This document shows, one piece after another, positions 1 through 10,514 of a stretch of DNA of 64,000 nucleotides (the first letter of the stretch is position 1; the number at the start of each line of letters is the position of its first letter). The translations under genes were made by a program, and so were the position numbers. The stretch comes from Pseudomonadota bacterium (GTDB taxonomy: Bacteria; Pseudomonadota; Gammaproteobacteria; Burkholderiales; REEB80). The stretch is from contig JAGXAQ010000001.1 of NCBI GenBank assembly GCA_018971485.1, positions 323,371-387,370 on the forward strand. Reading direction: 5' to 3'. A model generated the notes under the pieces. That model was given only the letters and a program-made list of their open reading frames with translations, ran no database searches and was not told the DNA's origin.

Positions 1-102
1 TCAGGGGCCAAGTTCATCACATCTCATGGCTGAATCGGTAAATTCTGACAAAGGAATGGCAACACTGGAGGCAGGACAAGCGTTGCAGGTATGTTGTCGT
101 TT

Positions 103-369
103 TTACGCGTGGTCTTCAGAAGGTTTAACGGCCTTTTTCTTTCCAGCTTCAAGTTTGGCTATTTTGTCTTCTAATTCGGTTAGCCGGTCAAGGCTGCGAA
201 GTAATAGTTCTTGCTGAACGTCAAATTCTTCCCGTGTCACTAGATCGAGTCTGTTTAGAATCGCGACCAGCATGGCTTTGATATTTTTTTCAATATCATG
301 TACTGGTCCGTTTGAGAAAATCTGGCTGATTCGCGTATTGATTTCATCTATCAGTTTTTGATTAAGCAT
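103..369 (-). CDS. ubiK: ubiquinone biosynthesis accessory factor UbiK (YqiC/BMFP coiled-coil family)
   Basis: 88-aa ORF. The core 'RLDLVTREEFDVQ' and a C-terminal coiled coil match remembered E. coli YqiC/UbiK. It lies divergent from glnK. Confidence 0.8.
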   Translation of the reverse strand: MLNQKLIDEINTRISQIFSNGPVHDIEKNIKAMLVAILNRLDLVTREEFDVQQELLLRSLDRLTELEDKIAKLEAGKKKAVKPSEDHA

Positions 370-417
370 GGCATCTCCTTTTTCTCAGTATATCAAAAAA
401 ACCAGTTTATTTTCATA

Positions 418-434
418 AGCACCATTATAGTGCG
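418..434. promoter_or_regulatory. NtrC-type upstream activator palindrome for glnK-amtB
   Basis: The 17-mer 'AGCACCATTATAGTGCG' compares with the enteric NtrC consensus TGCACCA-N3-TGGTGCA. It lies about 95 bp upstream of the sigma-54 element. A weaker related sequence is at 451-467. Confidence 0.5.
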
Positions 435-520
435 TTATGGCCCGATTCTGTGCGCACATGTTCTGCCTTATTAAATAAAGTGAGCTAATCAGGCAATATC
501 TACATGATAAATCTAAATAA

Positions 521-955
<435 letters not shown>

Positions 956-981
956 TTCTTATTCCAAGAAAGGTTATTAAC

Positions 982-2394
982 ATGAAAAAGTATCTAGCGA
1001 TTGTTGCCATATGTATGGCAGCTTTAGCCGGGTCAGCCCCTGTTTGGGCCGACACAGGAAGTGCCCCGGGTACTGCAGCAGCTGCGACAGCCATGCCTGC
1101 GGCTGCGCCGGTTGCAGCCGCACCGGCTGCGGCTACCCCGCCTGCACCACAGGAGGCGGTTAGTTCTGATCCCAACTCTGCCATCAATCCAGGGGATACA
1201 GCATGGATGCTGACGTCTACTGCATTGGTGCTAATGATGACTATCCCGGGTCTGGGCCTGTTTTATGCTGGAATGGTTCGTAAAAAGAATCTGTTGGATA
1301 CGCTGGCCCAAAGTTTTGTCGTGACCTGTCTTGTAACCGTTCTTTGGTTCGTGATTGGCTATAGTCTGGCGTTTACGGATGGTGGGCCTTATATCGGGGG
1401 GATGTCGCGATTCTTGCTCCATGGAATGGGTAAGTTTACGGTTAGTGATTTGTCTGCGGCAATTCCAGAGTCGGTGTACATGACTTTCCAGATGACATTT
1501 GCAATCATTACGCCTGCCCTGATTGCCGGTTCATTTGCTGAGCGGATGAAATTTTCTGCATTGATCTGGTTCATGAGTTTATGGCTCATTTTTGTCTATT
1601 GCCCGATCGCCCACTGGGTCTGGTCTGCCAATGGCTGGCTGGCTAAACTAGGAGCACTTGATTTTGCAGGTGGCACGGTGGTGCATCTTAATGCAGGTAT
1701 TGCCGGTATCGTGACAGCAGTGTTCTTGGGTAAGCGTGTGGGCTATGGCAAAGAGCCTATGCCAGCACATAACCTGGCTCTTACCATGATTGGTGCGGCG
1801 TTATTGTGGGTGGGCTGGTTTGGATTTAATGCAGGTTCAGCGGTAAGTGCAGGAGGGCGTGCTGGGATGGCCATGGCAACAACCCAAATTGCAACGGGAA
1901 CGGCAGCGCTGGCTTGGATGTTTGCTGAATGGGTTGCTCGCGGAAAACCAACCTTGCTCGGATTGTGCTCAGGTGCCGTTGCGGGGCTTGTTGCAATTAC
2001 GCCAGCGTCAGGTTTTGTTGATCCTGTTGGGGCCTTCGTTATTGGTGTTGCTGTTGGTGTGGTTTGTTTCTGGACAGCGACTTATATGAAGAACATGATA
2101 GGATATGATGATTCACTGGACGCATTTGGGGTTCATGGTATTGGTGGCGCCTTAGGTGCGATTCTTACCGGTGTTTTTGCAGTCAAGGCTATTGGTGGCA
2201 CATCTGGATTGCTGGAAGGTAATCCTGGCCAGCTTATCAAGCAGTTGATTGACGTAGGCGCAGTTATTGTTTGGGATGGCGTTGTAACTTACGTTATTCT
2301 TAAAGTTATTGATATGACAATTGGTGTTCGTGTTTCTGAGGAAGAAGAGCGCGAAGGTCTCGATATCACGCAGCATGGAGAGCAGGTTGTTTGA
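982..2394 (+). CDS. amtB: ammonium transporter AmtB, with signal peptide and an Ala/Pro-rich N-terminal linker
   Basis: Amt-family motifs are present, including 'AWMLTSTALVLMMTIPGLGLFYAGMVR', 'DFAGGTVVHLNAG' and 'DDSLDAFGVHGIGG'. The gene is paired with glnK. I chose the start at M11 of the ORF (signal peptide MKKYLAIVAICMAALAGSAPVWA). Confidence 0.95.
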   Translation: MKKYLAIVAICMAALAGSAPVWADTGSAPGTAAAATAMPAAAPVAAAPAAATPPAPQEAVSSDPNSAINPGDTAWMLTSTALVLMMTIPGLGLFYAGMVRKKNLLDTLAQSFVVTCLVTVLWFVIGYSLAFTDGGPYIGGMSRFLLHGMGKFTVSDLSAAIPESVYMTFQMTFAIITPALIAGSFAERMKFSALIWFMSLWLIFVYCPIAHWVWSANGWLAKLGALDFAGGTVVHLNAGIAGIVTAVFLGKRVGYGKEPMPAHNLALTMIGAALLWVGWFGFNAGSAVSAGGRAGMAMATTQIATGTAALAWMFAEWVARGKPTLLGLCSGAVAGLVAITPASGFVDPVGAFVIGVAVGVVCFWTATYMKNMIGYDDSLDAFGVHGIGGALGAILTGVFAVKAIGGTSGLLEGNPGQLIKQLIDVGAVIVWDGVVTYVILKVIDMTIGVRVSEEEEREGLDITQHGEQVV

Positions 2395-2452
2395 TTTTGA
2401 GATGCTATGCCGGGGTGAACGTCCTGCCCCGGCTCATTGAATATGATTGCAG

Positions 2453-2481
2453 AGCCCGGCCTATATGGCCGGGCTTTTCTT
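2453..2481 (+). terminator. rho-independent terminator after amtB
   Basis: A perfect 9-bp stem AGCCCGGCC/GGCCGGGCT with loop TATAT is followed by TTTTCTT. A second GC hairpin lies at 2409-2433. Confidence 0.7.
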
Positions 2482-2637
2482 GTGGGTCCGGCAGGGCGCA
2501 CCTAACACCATCAGGGATAGGATGCGGGGTTATTTCCATAAGTTATCTCGTACTCGTATCGGAAGGTTCTCTGCCTGCACCTGGATGGAGATAGATGGAT
2601 CAATGCGGCGGATTGTCCTGGTTTGGCAAGGTGGTGG

Positions 2638-4251
2638 TTAGTTAATCCCCTGGCTCGTTAAGTAATCCTCGTAAGTTCCGAGATAGTCGATGATGCCATC
2701 GGGTGTTAATTCGATAATCCGGTTTGCAAGAGAGGAAACAAACTCACGATCGTGGGAGACGAACAACAAGGTGCCCTGGTACATCTCAAGGGAAAGGTTC
2801 AAGGCTTCAATTGACTCCATATCCATATGATTGGTGGGTTCATCCATAATGAGTACATTAGGGCGGTTGAGGAGCAGTTTTCCTAGAAGCATTCGACCTT
2901 GTTCGCCACCTGACAGGATATTGACTGGTTTTTTTGCGTCATCTCCAGAAAAGAGCAATCGTCCCAATGTGCCGCGGATGACTTGATCATCATCTCCTGG
3001 CTGTGCCCATTGTTTTAACCAGTCAAAAGCAGTCATGGTTGATTCGAAGTCCAGGGCGTGATCTTGGGCGTAATAGCCTATGACTGCGTTTTCGCTCCAG
3101 ATGATGTCGCCAGAATCGGGCGAAAGTTCATTGACCAGAAGCTTCATCAAGGTGCTTTTGCCAATCCCGTTTGGGCCAATGAAAGCTACTTTGTCAGCGG
3201 CATTGATACTGAAACCAGCATTCGCGAACAGGGTTAGATTGCCGAATGACTTGTTCAGGTTCTTGACTTCAACAGCTTGGCGACGCAAGGGCTTGGCGAT
3301 TTCGAACCGGATAAAAGGGGATTGGCGGGAAGAGGGCTTGATGTCCTCAAGTTTTATCTTTTCAATCTGGCGCGCACGGGAAGTAGCCTGTCTTGCTTTT
3401 GAGGCGTTGGCTGAAAACCTTGAGACAAATTGCTGCAATTCAGCGATTTGGGCTTTTTTCTTGGCGTTGTCTGCCAGGAGTCTTTCACGTGCCTGGCTAG
3501 AAGCAGTCATATAGTCATCGTAATTACCCGGGTAGATACGAATTTCACCATAGTCTAGATCCGCCATATGAGTGCAAACCATATTAAGGAAGTGCCGGTC
3601 ATGGGAGATGATAATCATGGTGCTGGATCTATTGTTGAGGATGTCTTCAAGCCAGCGAATAGTATTGATGTCAAGGTTGTTGGTAGGTTCATCCAGTAAC
3701 AGGATGTCCGGATCCGAAAATAAGGCTTGTGCAAGCAATACACGAAGCTTGAAACCCGGAGCAATTTCACGCATCAGGCGACCATGATCTTCAACAGCAA
3801 TACCAACACCAAGCAATAATTCGCCTGCCCGGGATTCGGCCGTATACCCATCCAGTTCGGCAAACAGGCCTTCCAGTTCGCCTGCCCTCATCCCGTCTGC
3901 TTCATTCATATCTGGCTTGGCATATAATGCATCACGTTCTTGCCAGACGGACCAGAGTTCTTCATGTCCCATCATGACCGTGTCAATGACTCGTTGATTC
4001 TCATAAGCAAACTGATCCTGCCTGAGTCTCCCCAGCCTTTTGCCTTCATCCAGGGTAACAGTCCCTGAGGTGGGTTCTAGCTCTCCTGACAGGATTTTCA
4101 TGAAGGTAGACTTGCCGCAGCCGTTGGCGCCAATAAGGCCGTAGCGATTTCCATCGCTGAATCTGACATGGACGTTTTCGAAAAGGGGTTTTGCACCAAA
4201 TTGGATGGTAATAGAGGCAGTCGAAATCAAAACGGGATCCTTAATTGACAA
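2638..4251 (-). CDS. ybiT: ABC-F family ATPase, YbiT-like (two ABC domains, no TM domain)
   Basis: 537 aa, collinear with remembered E. coli YbiT. Matching stretches include '[17 protein letters not shown]', '[12 protein letters not shown]', '[40 protein letters not shown]' and the second Walker A 'GPNGIGKST'. Confidence 0.9.
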   Translation of the reverse strand: MSIKDPVLISTASITIQFGAKPLFENVHVRFSDGNRYGLIGANGCGKSTFMKILSGELEPTSGTVTLDEGKRLGRLRQDQFAYENQRVIDTVMMGHEELWSVWQERDALYAKPDMNEADGMRAGELEGLFAELDGYTAESRAGELLLGVGIAVEDHGRLMREIAPGFKLRVLLAQALFSDPDILLLDEPTNNLDINTIRWLEDILNNRSSTMIIISHDRHFLNMVCTHMADLDYGEIRIYPGNYDDYMTASSQARERLLADNAKKKAQIAELQQFVSRFSANASKARQATSRARQIEKIKLEDIKPSSRQSPFIRFEIAKPLRRQAVEVKNLNKSFGNLTLFANAGFSINAADKVAFIGPNGIGKSTLMKLLVNELSPDSGDIIWSENAVIGYYAQDHALDFESTMTAFDWLKQWAQPGDDDQVIRGTLGRLLFSGDDAKKPVNILSGGEQGRMLLGKLLLNRPNVLIMDEPTNHMDMESIEALNLSLEMYQGTLLFVSHDREFVSSLANRIIELTPDGIIDYLGTYEDYLTSQGIN

Positions 4252-4283
4252 AAATACATATTAATTTATGCAGATCGTTTACG

Positions 4284-4311
4284 TTAAAATTAGAAGATGC
4301 AATGCTATAAT
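4284..4311 (+). promoter_or_regulatory. candidate sigma-70 promoter for gshA-gshB
   Basis: TTAAAA-N16-TATAAT (-10 at 4306-4311), about 70 nt upstream of the preferred gshA ATG. Confidence 0.35.
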
Positions 4312-4380
4312 GACCAAGATAAGTATTTTAGCATGCCGGTGTGGTTTTGCGTTTTTACGACGTATTTATTTGGAAGTGAT

Positions 4381-5679
4381 ATGGTTCCCCATCTGACGAC
4401 TGCCTTATCAGGCCCTTTACTTACCTTGGAGCGGTATATCCTTGACTCCATGTCGACCATTGAACACTGGATGCGTGGTCAATGGCGTGATCATGAGGCT
4501 CCGTTCTATGCCTCGGTCGACCTGCGTAATAGTGGTTTTAAGCTTGCTCCTGTGGATACCAACTTGTTTCCTGGAGGGTTTAATAACCTTAATCCTGATT
4601 TTTTACCTCTTTGCATTCAGGCGACAACTTCAGCCATCGAGAAAATTTGCCCTGATGCACAGAAATTGCTGATTATCCCGGAAAATCATACCCGCAACAC
4701 TTTTTATCTGCAGAATGTAGCCACGCTGCATCTGATTTTACGCCAGGCTGGACTCAATGTGCGGATTGGCTCGATTAACCCTGAAGTGAAGGCTCCTATC
4801 CAGATGGCGCTCTCAAATGGGAGTCATTTGTTGATTGAGCCAGTGCAGCGTGTTGGGCGCAGGTTGGTTTTACCCGATTTTGATCCGTGCGCTGTACTGC
4901 TGAACAATGATTTGAGTGCCGGGATTCCCGATATTCTTAAGGATCTGGATCAGTGGCTGTTACCTCCCCTTCAGGCTGGCTGGTCGTTACGGCGTAAATC
5001 GGTCCATTTTTCTCATTATGACGAGGTTGCGGGTGAATTTGCCCGACTGTTAGATGTTGATCCCTGGGTGATTAATCCGTATTTCAATGCGTTGGACGGG
5101 GTAGATTTTGCCGCAGGCAAAGATCAGGTCGAATTAGCTGAAACAGTGAATGATATTCTGGTGAAGACGCGCAAGAAATATAAGGAGTATGGAATTGAGA
5201 ACCGTCCTTTTGTGATTATTAAAGCAGATGCAGGTACTTACGGTATGGGCATCATGAGTGTTCATGATGCTTCTGAGGTGGTTCATCTGAATCGTAAACA
5301 ACGTAATCGTATGGCGGTTGTCAAAGAAGGCATGAAGGTGTCGCGAGTGATGGTTCAAGAAGGGGTTTATACCTTTGAGAATATTAATGAGGCTGTTGCA
5401 GAACCTGTAGTTTATATGATGGACCATTATGTTGTTGGTGGATTTTACAGGGTTCATACCAGTCGGGGCGATGATGAAAATTTGAATGCACCGGGAATGC
5501 ATTTTGTGCCACTGGCATTTGAGGCTGCATGTTGTACACCGGATCCCGCGGCTTGCCCTGAAGTGCTGGCCAACCGGTTTTATGCTTATGGGGTTGTTGC
5601 AAGACTGGCCCTGCTGGCAGCTGCCAGGGAAATTGAGGGGACCCGGCTGGATTTTCAAGAAATGCAGGTAACAGGCTAA
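4381..5679 (+). CDS. gshA: glutamate--cysteine ligase (proteobacterial 'ferrooxidans-type' GshA family)
   Basis: 'FYASVDLRNSGFKLAPVDTNLFPGGFNNL' is characteristic of the non-enteric GshA family. gshB follows 2 nt later. The start is set at internal ATG 4381; the ORF opens at 4297, but that N-terminus looks non-native. Confidence 0.8.
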   Translation: MVPHLTTALSGPLLTLERYILDSMSTIEHWMRGQWRDHEAPFYASVDLRNSGFKLAPVDTNLFPGGFNNLNPDFLPLCIQATTSAIEKICPDAQKLLIIPENHTRNTFYLQNVATLHLILRQAGLNVRIGSINPEVKAPIQMALSNGSHLLIEPVQRVGRRLVLPDFDPCAVLLNNDLSAGIPDILKDLDQWLLPPLQAGWSLRRKSVHFSHYDEVAGEFARLLDVDPWVINPYFNALDGVDFAAGKDQVELAETVNDILVKTRKKYKEYGIENRPFVIIKADAGTYGMGIMSVHDASEVVHLNRKQRNRMAVVKEGMKVSRVMVQEGVYTFENINEAVAEPVVYMMDHYVVGGFYRVHTSRGDDENLNAPGMHFVPLAFEAACCTPDPAACPEVLANRFYAYGVVARLALLAAAREIEGTRLDFQEMQVTG

Positions 5680-5681
5680 AA

Positions 5682-6620
5682 ATGGATATAGCCTTCATTG
5701 CCTCTCATCCTGATACGTTTAAAACGTCTAAAGATTCCACGTACGCATTGATACTTGAGGCGGGTTATCGCCAGCATTGCCTGTATTTTATCCAGTCCAT
5801 GGATGTTTACTGGGACGGCAGTGTCCGGGCCCAGACAAGACAACTGTTTCTAGATGAGGGCCAGTTCCCCTGGTATGCACTAGGTGATGCCCAAGAGCGG
5901 GTTTTGGCAGAGTTTGACGTCGTTTTGCTTCGAACTGATCCCCCGTTTGATATGGAATATCTGTATTTAACCCATCTTCTTGAGATGGCTGAGGCAGAGG
6001 GGGCGCACGTGGTTAATCGTGCCCGTGCCGTGCGAGATTTTAACGAAAAACTAGCGATTTCGAGGTTTCCGGAATGGATTGTACCCACACTCGTAAGTAG
6101 CAGTCTGGCTCGTTTGCAGGAATTTGTGGTTAAAGAGAAGCAGGCTGTGATCAAACCCTTGTCAGAAATGGGGGGGAGCGGTGTATTCCTGCTACAGGAA
6201 AGTGATCCCAATCTACATGTAATTCTTGAATCTATTACCTGTCGCGGTTCGCGCACGGTGATGGTGCAGCGTTTCATTCCTGAAATCAGCGAGGGGGACA
6301 AGCGGATTCTCCTTGTGAATGGAGAGGCTGTGCCATATGCACTTGCCCGGATTCCTGCAGAAGATGATTTCCGGGGCAACCTTGCGGCAGGTGGGCGGGG
6401 TGTTGCAAGGCCATTGTCCAGGCGTGATAAAGCCATTGCTTCTGCACTTGGCCCGTTTCTTAGGGAATCAGGGCTTTTCCTTGTTGGCTTGGATGTGATT
6501 GGTGATTATCTGACTGAAGTCAATGTGACCAGCCCAACCGGAATGCAGGAAATTTTCAAGCAAACAGGCTTTAATGTGGCCGGTATGATGATGGACGCAG
6601 TTGAATCATTATTTGGATAA
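5682..6620 (+). CDS. gshB: glutathione synthetase (ATP-grasp)
   Basis: 312 aa with 'LLRTDPPFDMEYLYLTHLLE', 'KPLSEMGGSGVF', 'GDKRILLVNGE' and 'RGNLAAGG', typical of GshB. It is adjacent to gshA. Confidence 0.93.
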   Translation: MDIAFIASHPDTFKTSKDSTYALILEAGYRQHCLYFIQSMDVYWDGSVRAQTRQLFLDEGQFPWYALGDAQERVLAEFDVVLLRTDPPFDMEYLYLTHLLEMAEAEGAHVVNRARAVRDFNEKLAISRFPEWIVPTLVSSSLARLQEFVVKEKQAVIKPLSEMGGSGVFLLQESDPNLHVILESITCRGSRTVMVQRFIPEISEGDKRILLVNGEAVPYALARIPAEDDFRGNLAAGGRGVARPLSRRDKAIASALGPFLRESGLFLVGLDVIGDYLTEVNVTSPTGMQEIFKQTGFNVAGMMMDAVESLFG

Positions 6621-6918
6621 CACTTATAAATTCATAAGCGCGTAAATTTTTAAAAAATGCTAGAATTTTCCGCTGATTAATGTGTGGTTTTAGGATAAAA
6701 GCCCAATCGGGCTGCCAGAATGGGCCGGGCCGTAGTTTTGGGGTTTTAAGTTTGAGGAATGTATCCTGCAGGTTTTTCCGGGAAGGGTGGGAGGGCAGGA
6801 TGCAATTATTCATTGGTGGCATTTATGGACGTGAAAGGTGCGCCGCCAGGGCAGGGAAACTATTTGTTTCCTGGCCTAACCGCCTTGGAGTTGATCCCAG
6901 GGTTTCGCGAACCGAGTG

Positions 6919-7332
6919 ATGGTAGGAATTTTAATTGTTACACATGGGAAGCTGGGTGAATGTTTTATCCAATGCGCGGGTCATGTATTGGGCCGTTGGC
7001 CAGAACAGCTTGAAGCGCTTGGCGTGTCTGATGCGGACACACCTGAGGTGATATTGGATAGAGCCAGGCAATGTGTCAAAAAACTGGATACAGGTGATGG
7101 CGTTCTGATTTTTAGTGATATGTACGGTGCCACACCCAGCAATGTGATCTGTGCCCTGCTTGAACCGGGGCATATAGAAGGGGTGACGGGTGTGAGCCTT
7201 CCCATGTTGATTCGGACTCTGACTTATCGTAACGAGCCTTTGCTGGATGTGGTTGCCAGGGCTGTAAGCAGCGGGAGTGAGGGAGTAGTACAAATTACGC
7301 GGGATATCTGTTATGTTGCGTCAAAACATTGA
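6919..7332 (+). CDS. PTS EIIA component, mannose/fructose (EIIA-Man) family
   Basis: 'MVGILIVTHGKLGE' carries the phospho-His motif of EIIA-Man. ptsH-ptsI follow directly. ATG 6919 or GTG 6916 are possible starts. Confidence 0.85.
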   Translation: MVGILIVTHGKLGECFIQCAGHVLGRWPEQLEALGVSDADTPEVILDRARQCVKKLDTGDGVLIFSDMYGATPSNVICALLEPGHIEGVTGVSLPMLIRTLTYRNEPLLDVVARAVSSGSEGVVQITRDICYVASKH

Positions 7333-7582
7333 AATCCAGAACCGTCTTGGACTGCATGCCCGTGCATCGGCCAAACTGTGCCAGGTAGCAGGTCACTTCA
7401 AGGCAGATATATGGCTTGAACGCAATGGTCGCAAGGTTAATGCTAAAAGTATCATGGGCGTGATGATGCTGGCTGCTAACCAGGGAAGCTATATTGATAT
7501 TGAGGCTGACGGGGAAGACGAGAAGCAGGCTATAGAGGCTCTACTTGATTTGATTAATGATCGCTTCGGAGAGAGTGACTAG
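7313..7582 (+). CDS. ptsH: phosphocarrier protein HPr
   Basis: 89 aa. 'NRLGLHARASAKL' holds the His-15 region and 'NAKSIMGVMML' the Ser-46 region. It overlaps the EIIA gene by 20 nt. Confidence 0.93.
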   Translation: MLRQNIEIQNRLGLHARASAKLCQVAGHFKADIWLERNGRKVNAKSIMGVMMLAANQGSYIDIEADGEDEKQAIEALLDLINDRFGESD

Positions 7583-7613
7583 GATCTGACAGCCGGTTTT
7601 GAGCGGGAGAATT

Positions 7614-9332
7614 ATGAGCTTTACCATGCATGGGATAGGGGTGTCGGGTGGAATTGCCATTGGTTATGCGCATCTCGTTTCGCATGCGACATTAGAGGTC
7701 GCGCATTATAGTGTCCCCCGACAAAAGCTGGAAGAAGAATATGCCCGTTTTGATGAGGCTATCTTGAGTGTTCGCCAGGAACTTGAAACCCTTTGTGGCA
7801 ATATTCCGCCCTCAGCGCCAGGTGAGCTTGCAGCCATCCTGAATATGCACTTGATGATTCTCAATGATTCCACCTTGTCTGTAACACCGAAACGTATTGT
7901 GGAAGAGCAGGGGTGCAATGCAGAATGGGCACTCAAACAGCAGATGGATGCATTGGTCAGCCAGTTTGAAGGGATGGATGATACTTATCTTAGAGAACGC
8001 AAGACCGATGTGGTTCAGGTCGTTGAACGCGTCCTTAAGGCCTTGATGGGACATGGTGTAGGTGCGTCAGCTTTTTCTGAGGAAAATTCCATACTCGTTG
8101 CCCACGATTTATCACCGGCAGATGTCATTCTTTTTAAGCGTCATCATTTTGGAGCATTTATTACTGATGTAGGCGGGGTCACCTCACATACAGCTATTCT
8201 AGCGCGTAGCCTGTCTATCCCGTCCATAGTTGCCTTGCATCACGCCCGTCGCTTAATTCGGGAAAATGAGCTGTTGATTGTAGATGGAACCCAAGGGGTT
8301 GTGATTGTTAGCCCGGATAAACAGGTTTTGTCTGAGTACCGATTACGTCAGGAAACCTGGGAGATTGAGAAACAGAAACTTAAAAGGATTAGAACAACAC
8401 GGACAGCAACTATTGACGGTACATCTGTTGATTTACATGCCAATATTGAGCTTCCTGGTGATATTGAGCAAGTCCGCGAGAGCGGTGCAACGGGGATTGG
8501 CCTTTTTCGCAGTGAGTTTTTGTTCTTGAATCGGGAGGATCTGCCTGATGAAGAGGAGCAGTTTCAGGCTTATCGGCTTGTCGCAGAAGGAATGCGTGGG
8601 CGAAAGGTCGTGATACGCACTCTTGATTTAGGTGCAGACAAATCGATTGCAGGTGAAACACGAACCAGTGTCAACCCTGCTCTGGGTTTAAGGGCAATCC
8701 GCTATTGCCTTGCAGAACCTGTTTTGTTTTATACCCAGTTGCGGGCTATTTTGAGAGCGTCAAAATTTGGTAATGTCTGGATATTAGTGCCCATGATTTC
8801 GAATCTGTCCGAGATCATGCAAATGTTGGGTCTGATTGAACGAGCCAAAATTTCCCTTAGGGAGGAAGGAATCCCTTTTAATGAGAAAACTCCTGTTGGA
8901 GGGATGATTGAGGTTCCTGCAGCTGCGCTTTCAACTTATACTTTCGCCCAGAAACTGGACTTCTTGTCGATAGGTACAAATGATCTTATTTCTTATACCC
9001 TGGCTATCGATCGGGCTGATGATTCTGTTGCGCATCTTTATGATCAACTCCACCCTGCGGTTTTATATCTTGTTGCCCGCGCCATCAAGGATGCCCATCG
9101 TGCTGGAAAACCTATTTCTGTCTGTGGGGAAATGGCAGGAGATGCCAGCATGACGCGGATTCTTCTGGGAATGGGCCTGAGGGAATTTTCCATGCATCCT
9201 TCCCATATCCTTTCAGTGAAACAACAGATATTGAAAACAGATATTCCGTCTGCCATGCCTATCACCAGTCGCCTGCTTCGTATGGAAGATGGCCAGAAAA
9301 TTCGTTCGCTGATTCAGAAATTAAATGCCTGA
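7614..9332 (+). CDS. ptsI: phosphoenolpyruvate-protein phosphotransferase (PTS enzyme I)
   Basis: 'GGVTSHTAILARSLSIPSIV' is the active-site His region. 'GLFRSEFLF' and 'FLSIGTNDLISYTLAIDR' are also present. ATG 7614 is preceded by GGGAGA; the ORF opens at TTG 7599. Confidence 0.95.
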   Translation: MSFTMHGIGVSGGIAIGYAHLVSHATLEVAHYSVPRQKLEEEYARFDEAILSVRQELETLCGNIPPSAPGELAAILNMHLMILNDSTLSVTPKRIVEEQGCNAEWALKQQMDALVSQFEGMDDTYLRERKTDVVQVVERVLKALMGHGVGASAFSEENSILVAHDLSPADVILFKRHHFGAFITDVGGVTSHTAILARSLSIPSIVALHHARRLIRENELLIVDGTQGVVIVSPDKQVLSEYRLRQETWEIEKQKLKRIRTTRTATIDGTSVDLHANIELPGDIEQVRESGATGIGLFRSEFLFLNREDLPDEEEQFQAYRLVAEGMRGRKVVIRTLDLGADKSIAGETRTSVNPALGLRAIRYCLAEPVLFYTQLRAILRASKFGNVWILVPMISNLSEIMQMLGLIERAKISLREEGIPFNEKTPVGGMIEVPAAALSTYTFAQKLDFLSIGTNDLISYTLAIDRADDSVAHLYDQLHPAVLYLVARAIKDAHRAGKPISVCGEMAGDASMTRILLGMGLREFSMHPSHILSVKQQILKTDIPSAMPITSRLLRMEDGQKIRSLIQKLNA

Positions 9333-9377
9333 TTCATCAGGAAGCCATTATTAGATTTTGTTTAAGGGTAAAGTCCC

Positions 9378-10514
9378 ATGCGTACACATACGGATTCAGT
9401 TGGTGTGGTGATCCCTCAAACAGTACGGTTTGATTCATCTATTAGCCTTGCGAGTGGAGTTTGCCTGCCTGGGTTTGAGCTGGTGTATGAAACGTATGGA
9501 GCGTTGAATGACGATGCATCCAACGCTGTGCTTGTTTGTCATGCCCTTTCCGGCAATCATCATGCAGCCGGTTTCCACGCCCCGACAGATGGCGTTGCAG
9601 GATGGTGGGATAATATGATTGGTCCAGGCAAGCCGATTGATACCAACCAGTTCTTTGTGGTGAGCTCTAATAATCTGGGGGGGTGCCATGGATCGACCGG
9701 GCCGTCTTCAATTAACTCTTCGACAGGGCAGCCTTATGGCTCATCTTTTCCGCTGGTGACTGTAGAAGACTGGGTTCGCACCCAGACAATGCTTGCCGAT
9801 CATCTTGGTATCAAGTGTTTTGCTGCAGTAATTGGAGGGTCGTTGGGGGGGATGCAGGCTTTAGCCTGGAGCTATCTTTTTCCTCATCGAATCAGGCATG
9901 CTTTGGTAATTGCAGCAGCTTCGAAACTGACTGCGCAGAACATTGGCTTTAATGATGTGGCAAGGCAAGCCATTTTATCTGATCCGGATTTTCACGGCGG
10001 TGATTATTATCAGTTTGGCGTAGTTCCGTCGCGTGGGCTTAAGCTGGCACGTATGCTGGGCCATATCACTTACTTGTCAGATGATGTCATGGGTGCCCGC
10101 TTTGGTCGTTTATTGCAAAATGGCGGAATAAATTTCGGGTTTGGTATTGAATTTGAAGTAGAGTCCTATTTGCGGTACCAGGGAGAAAAATTTTCCAGCT
10201 CATTTGACGCCAATACCTATTTATTGATGACCCGTGCACTGGATTATTTCGACCCTGCACGTCTTCATGATGATGATTTATCTTTAGCCTTATCAGAGGT
10301 TCGCGCTAAAACACTTGTGGTTTCCTTTACCAGTGACTGGAGATTTTCGCCAGCACGATCAAAGGAAATTGTAAAGGCCTTGCTGGATAATGGGGCTCAG
10401 GTGAGTTATGCAGAAATTAAGGCAGATTATGGGCATGATGCATTTTTGCTGGAAGGAACCTATTATCATGCCCTTATCCGTAATTATATGCAGCGTCTTA
10501 TGTGTCAGGATTGA
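9378..10514 (+). CDS. metX: homoserine O-acyltransferase MetX (acetyl vs succinyl specificity not determinable here)
   Basis: 378-aa alpha/beta hydrolase. It has '[14 protein letters not shown]', the nucleophile motif '[12 protein letters not shown]' and 'YGHDAFLLE'. metW follows. Confidence 0.93.
   Translation: MRTHTDSVGVVIPQTVRFDSSISLASGVCLPGFELVYETYGALNDDASNAVLVCHALSGNHHAAGFHAPTDGVAGWWDNMIGPGKPIDTNQFFVVSSNNLGGCHGSTGPSSINSSTGQPYGSSFPLVTVEDWVRTQTMLADHLGIKCFAAVIGGSLGGMQALAWSYLFPHRIRHALVIAAASKLTAQNIGFNDVARQAILSDPDFHGGDYYQFGVVPSRGLKLARMLGHITYLSDDVMGARFGRLLQNGGINFGFGIEFEVESYLRYQGEKFSSSFDANTYLLMTRALDYFDPARLHDDDLSLALSEVRAKTLVVSFTSDWRFSPARSKEIVKALLDNGAQVSYAEIKADYGHDAFLLEGTYYHALIRNYMQRLMCQD

Noticed and set aside
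26-217. 63-aa plus-strand ORF at the window start
   Set aside because: It is antisense to ubiK and has no SD. The first 102 nt could hold the 3' end of an upstream gene, but that cannot be judged.
5807-6436. 209-aa antisense ORF inside gshB (similar cases: 5134-5658, 58490-59086, 41864-42433, 61749-62249, 3080-3514, 858-1187)
   Set aside because: These are shadow ORFs on the opposite strand of, or out of frame with, strongly supported genes. They are Arg/Ser/Pro-rich with no recognisable motifs.
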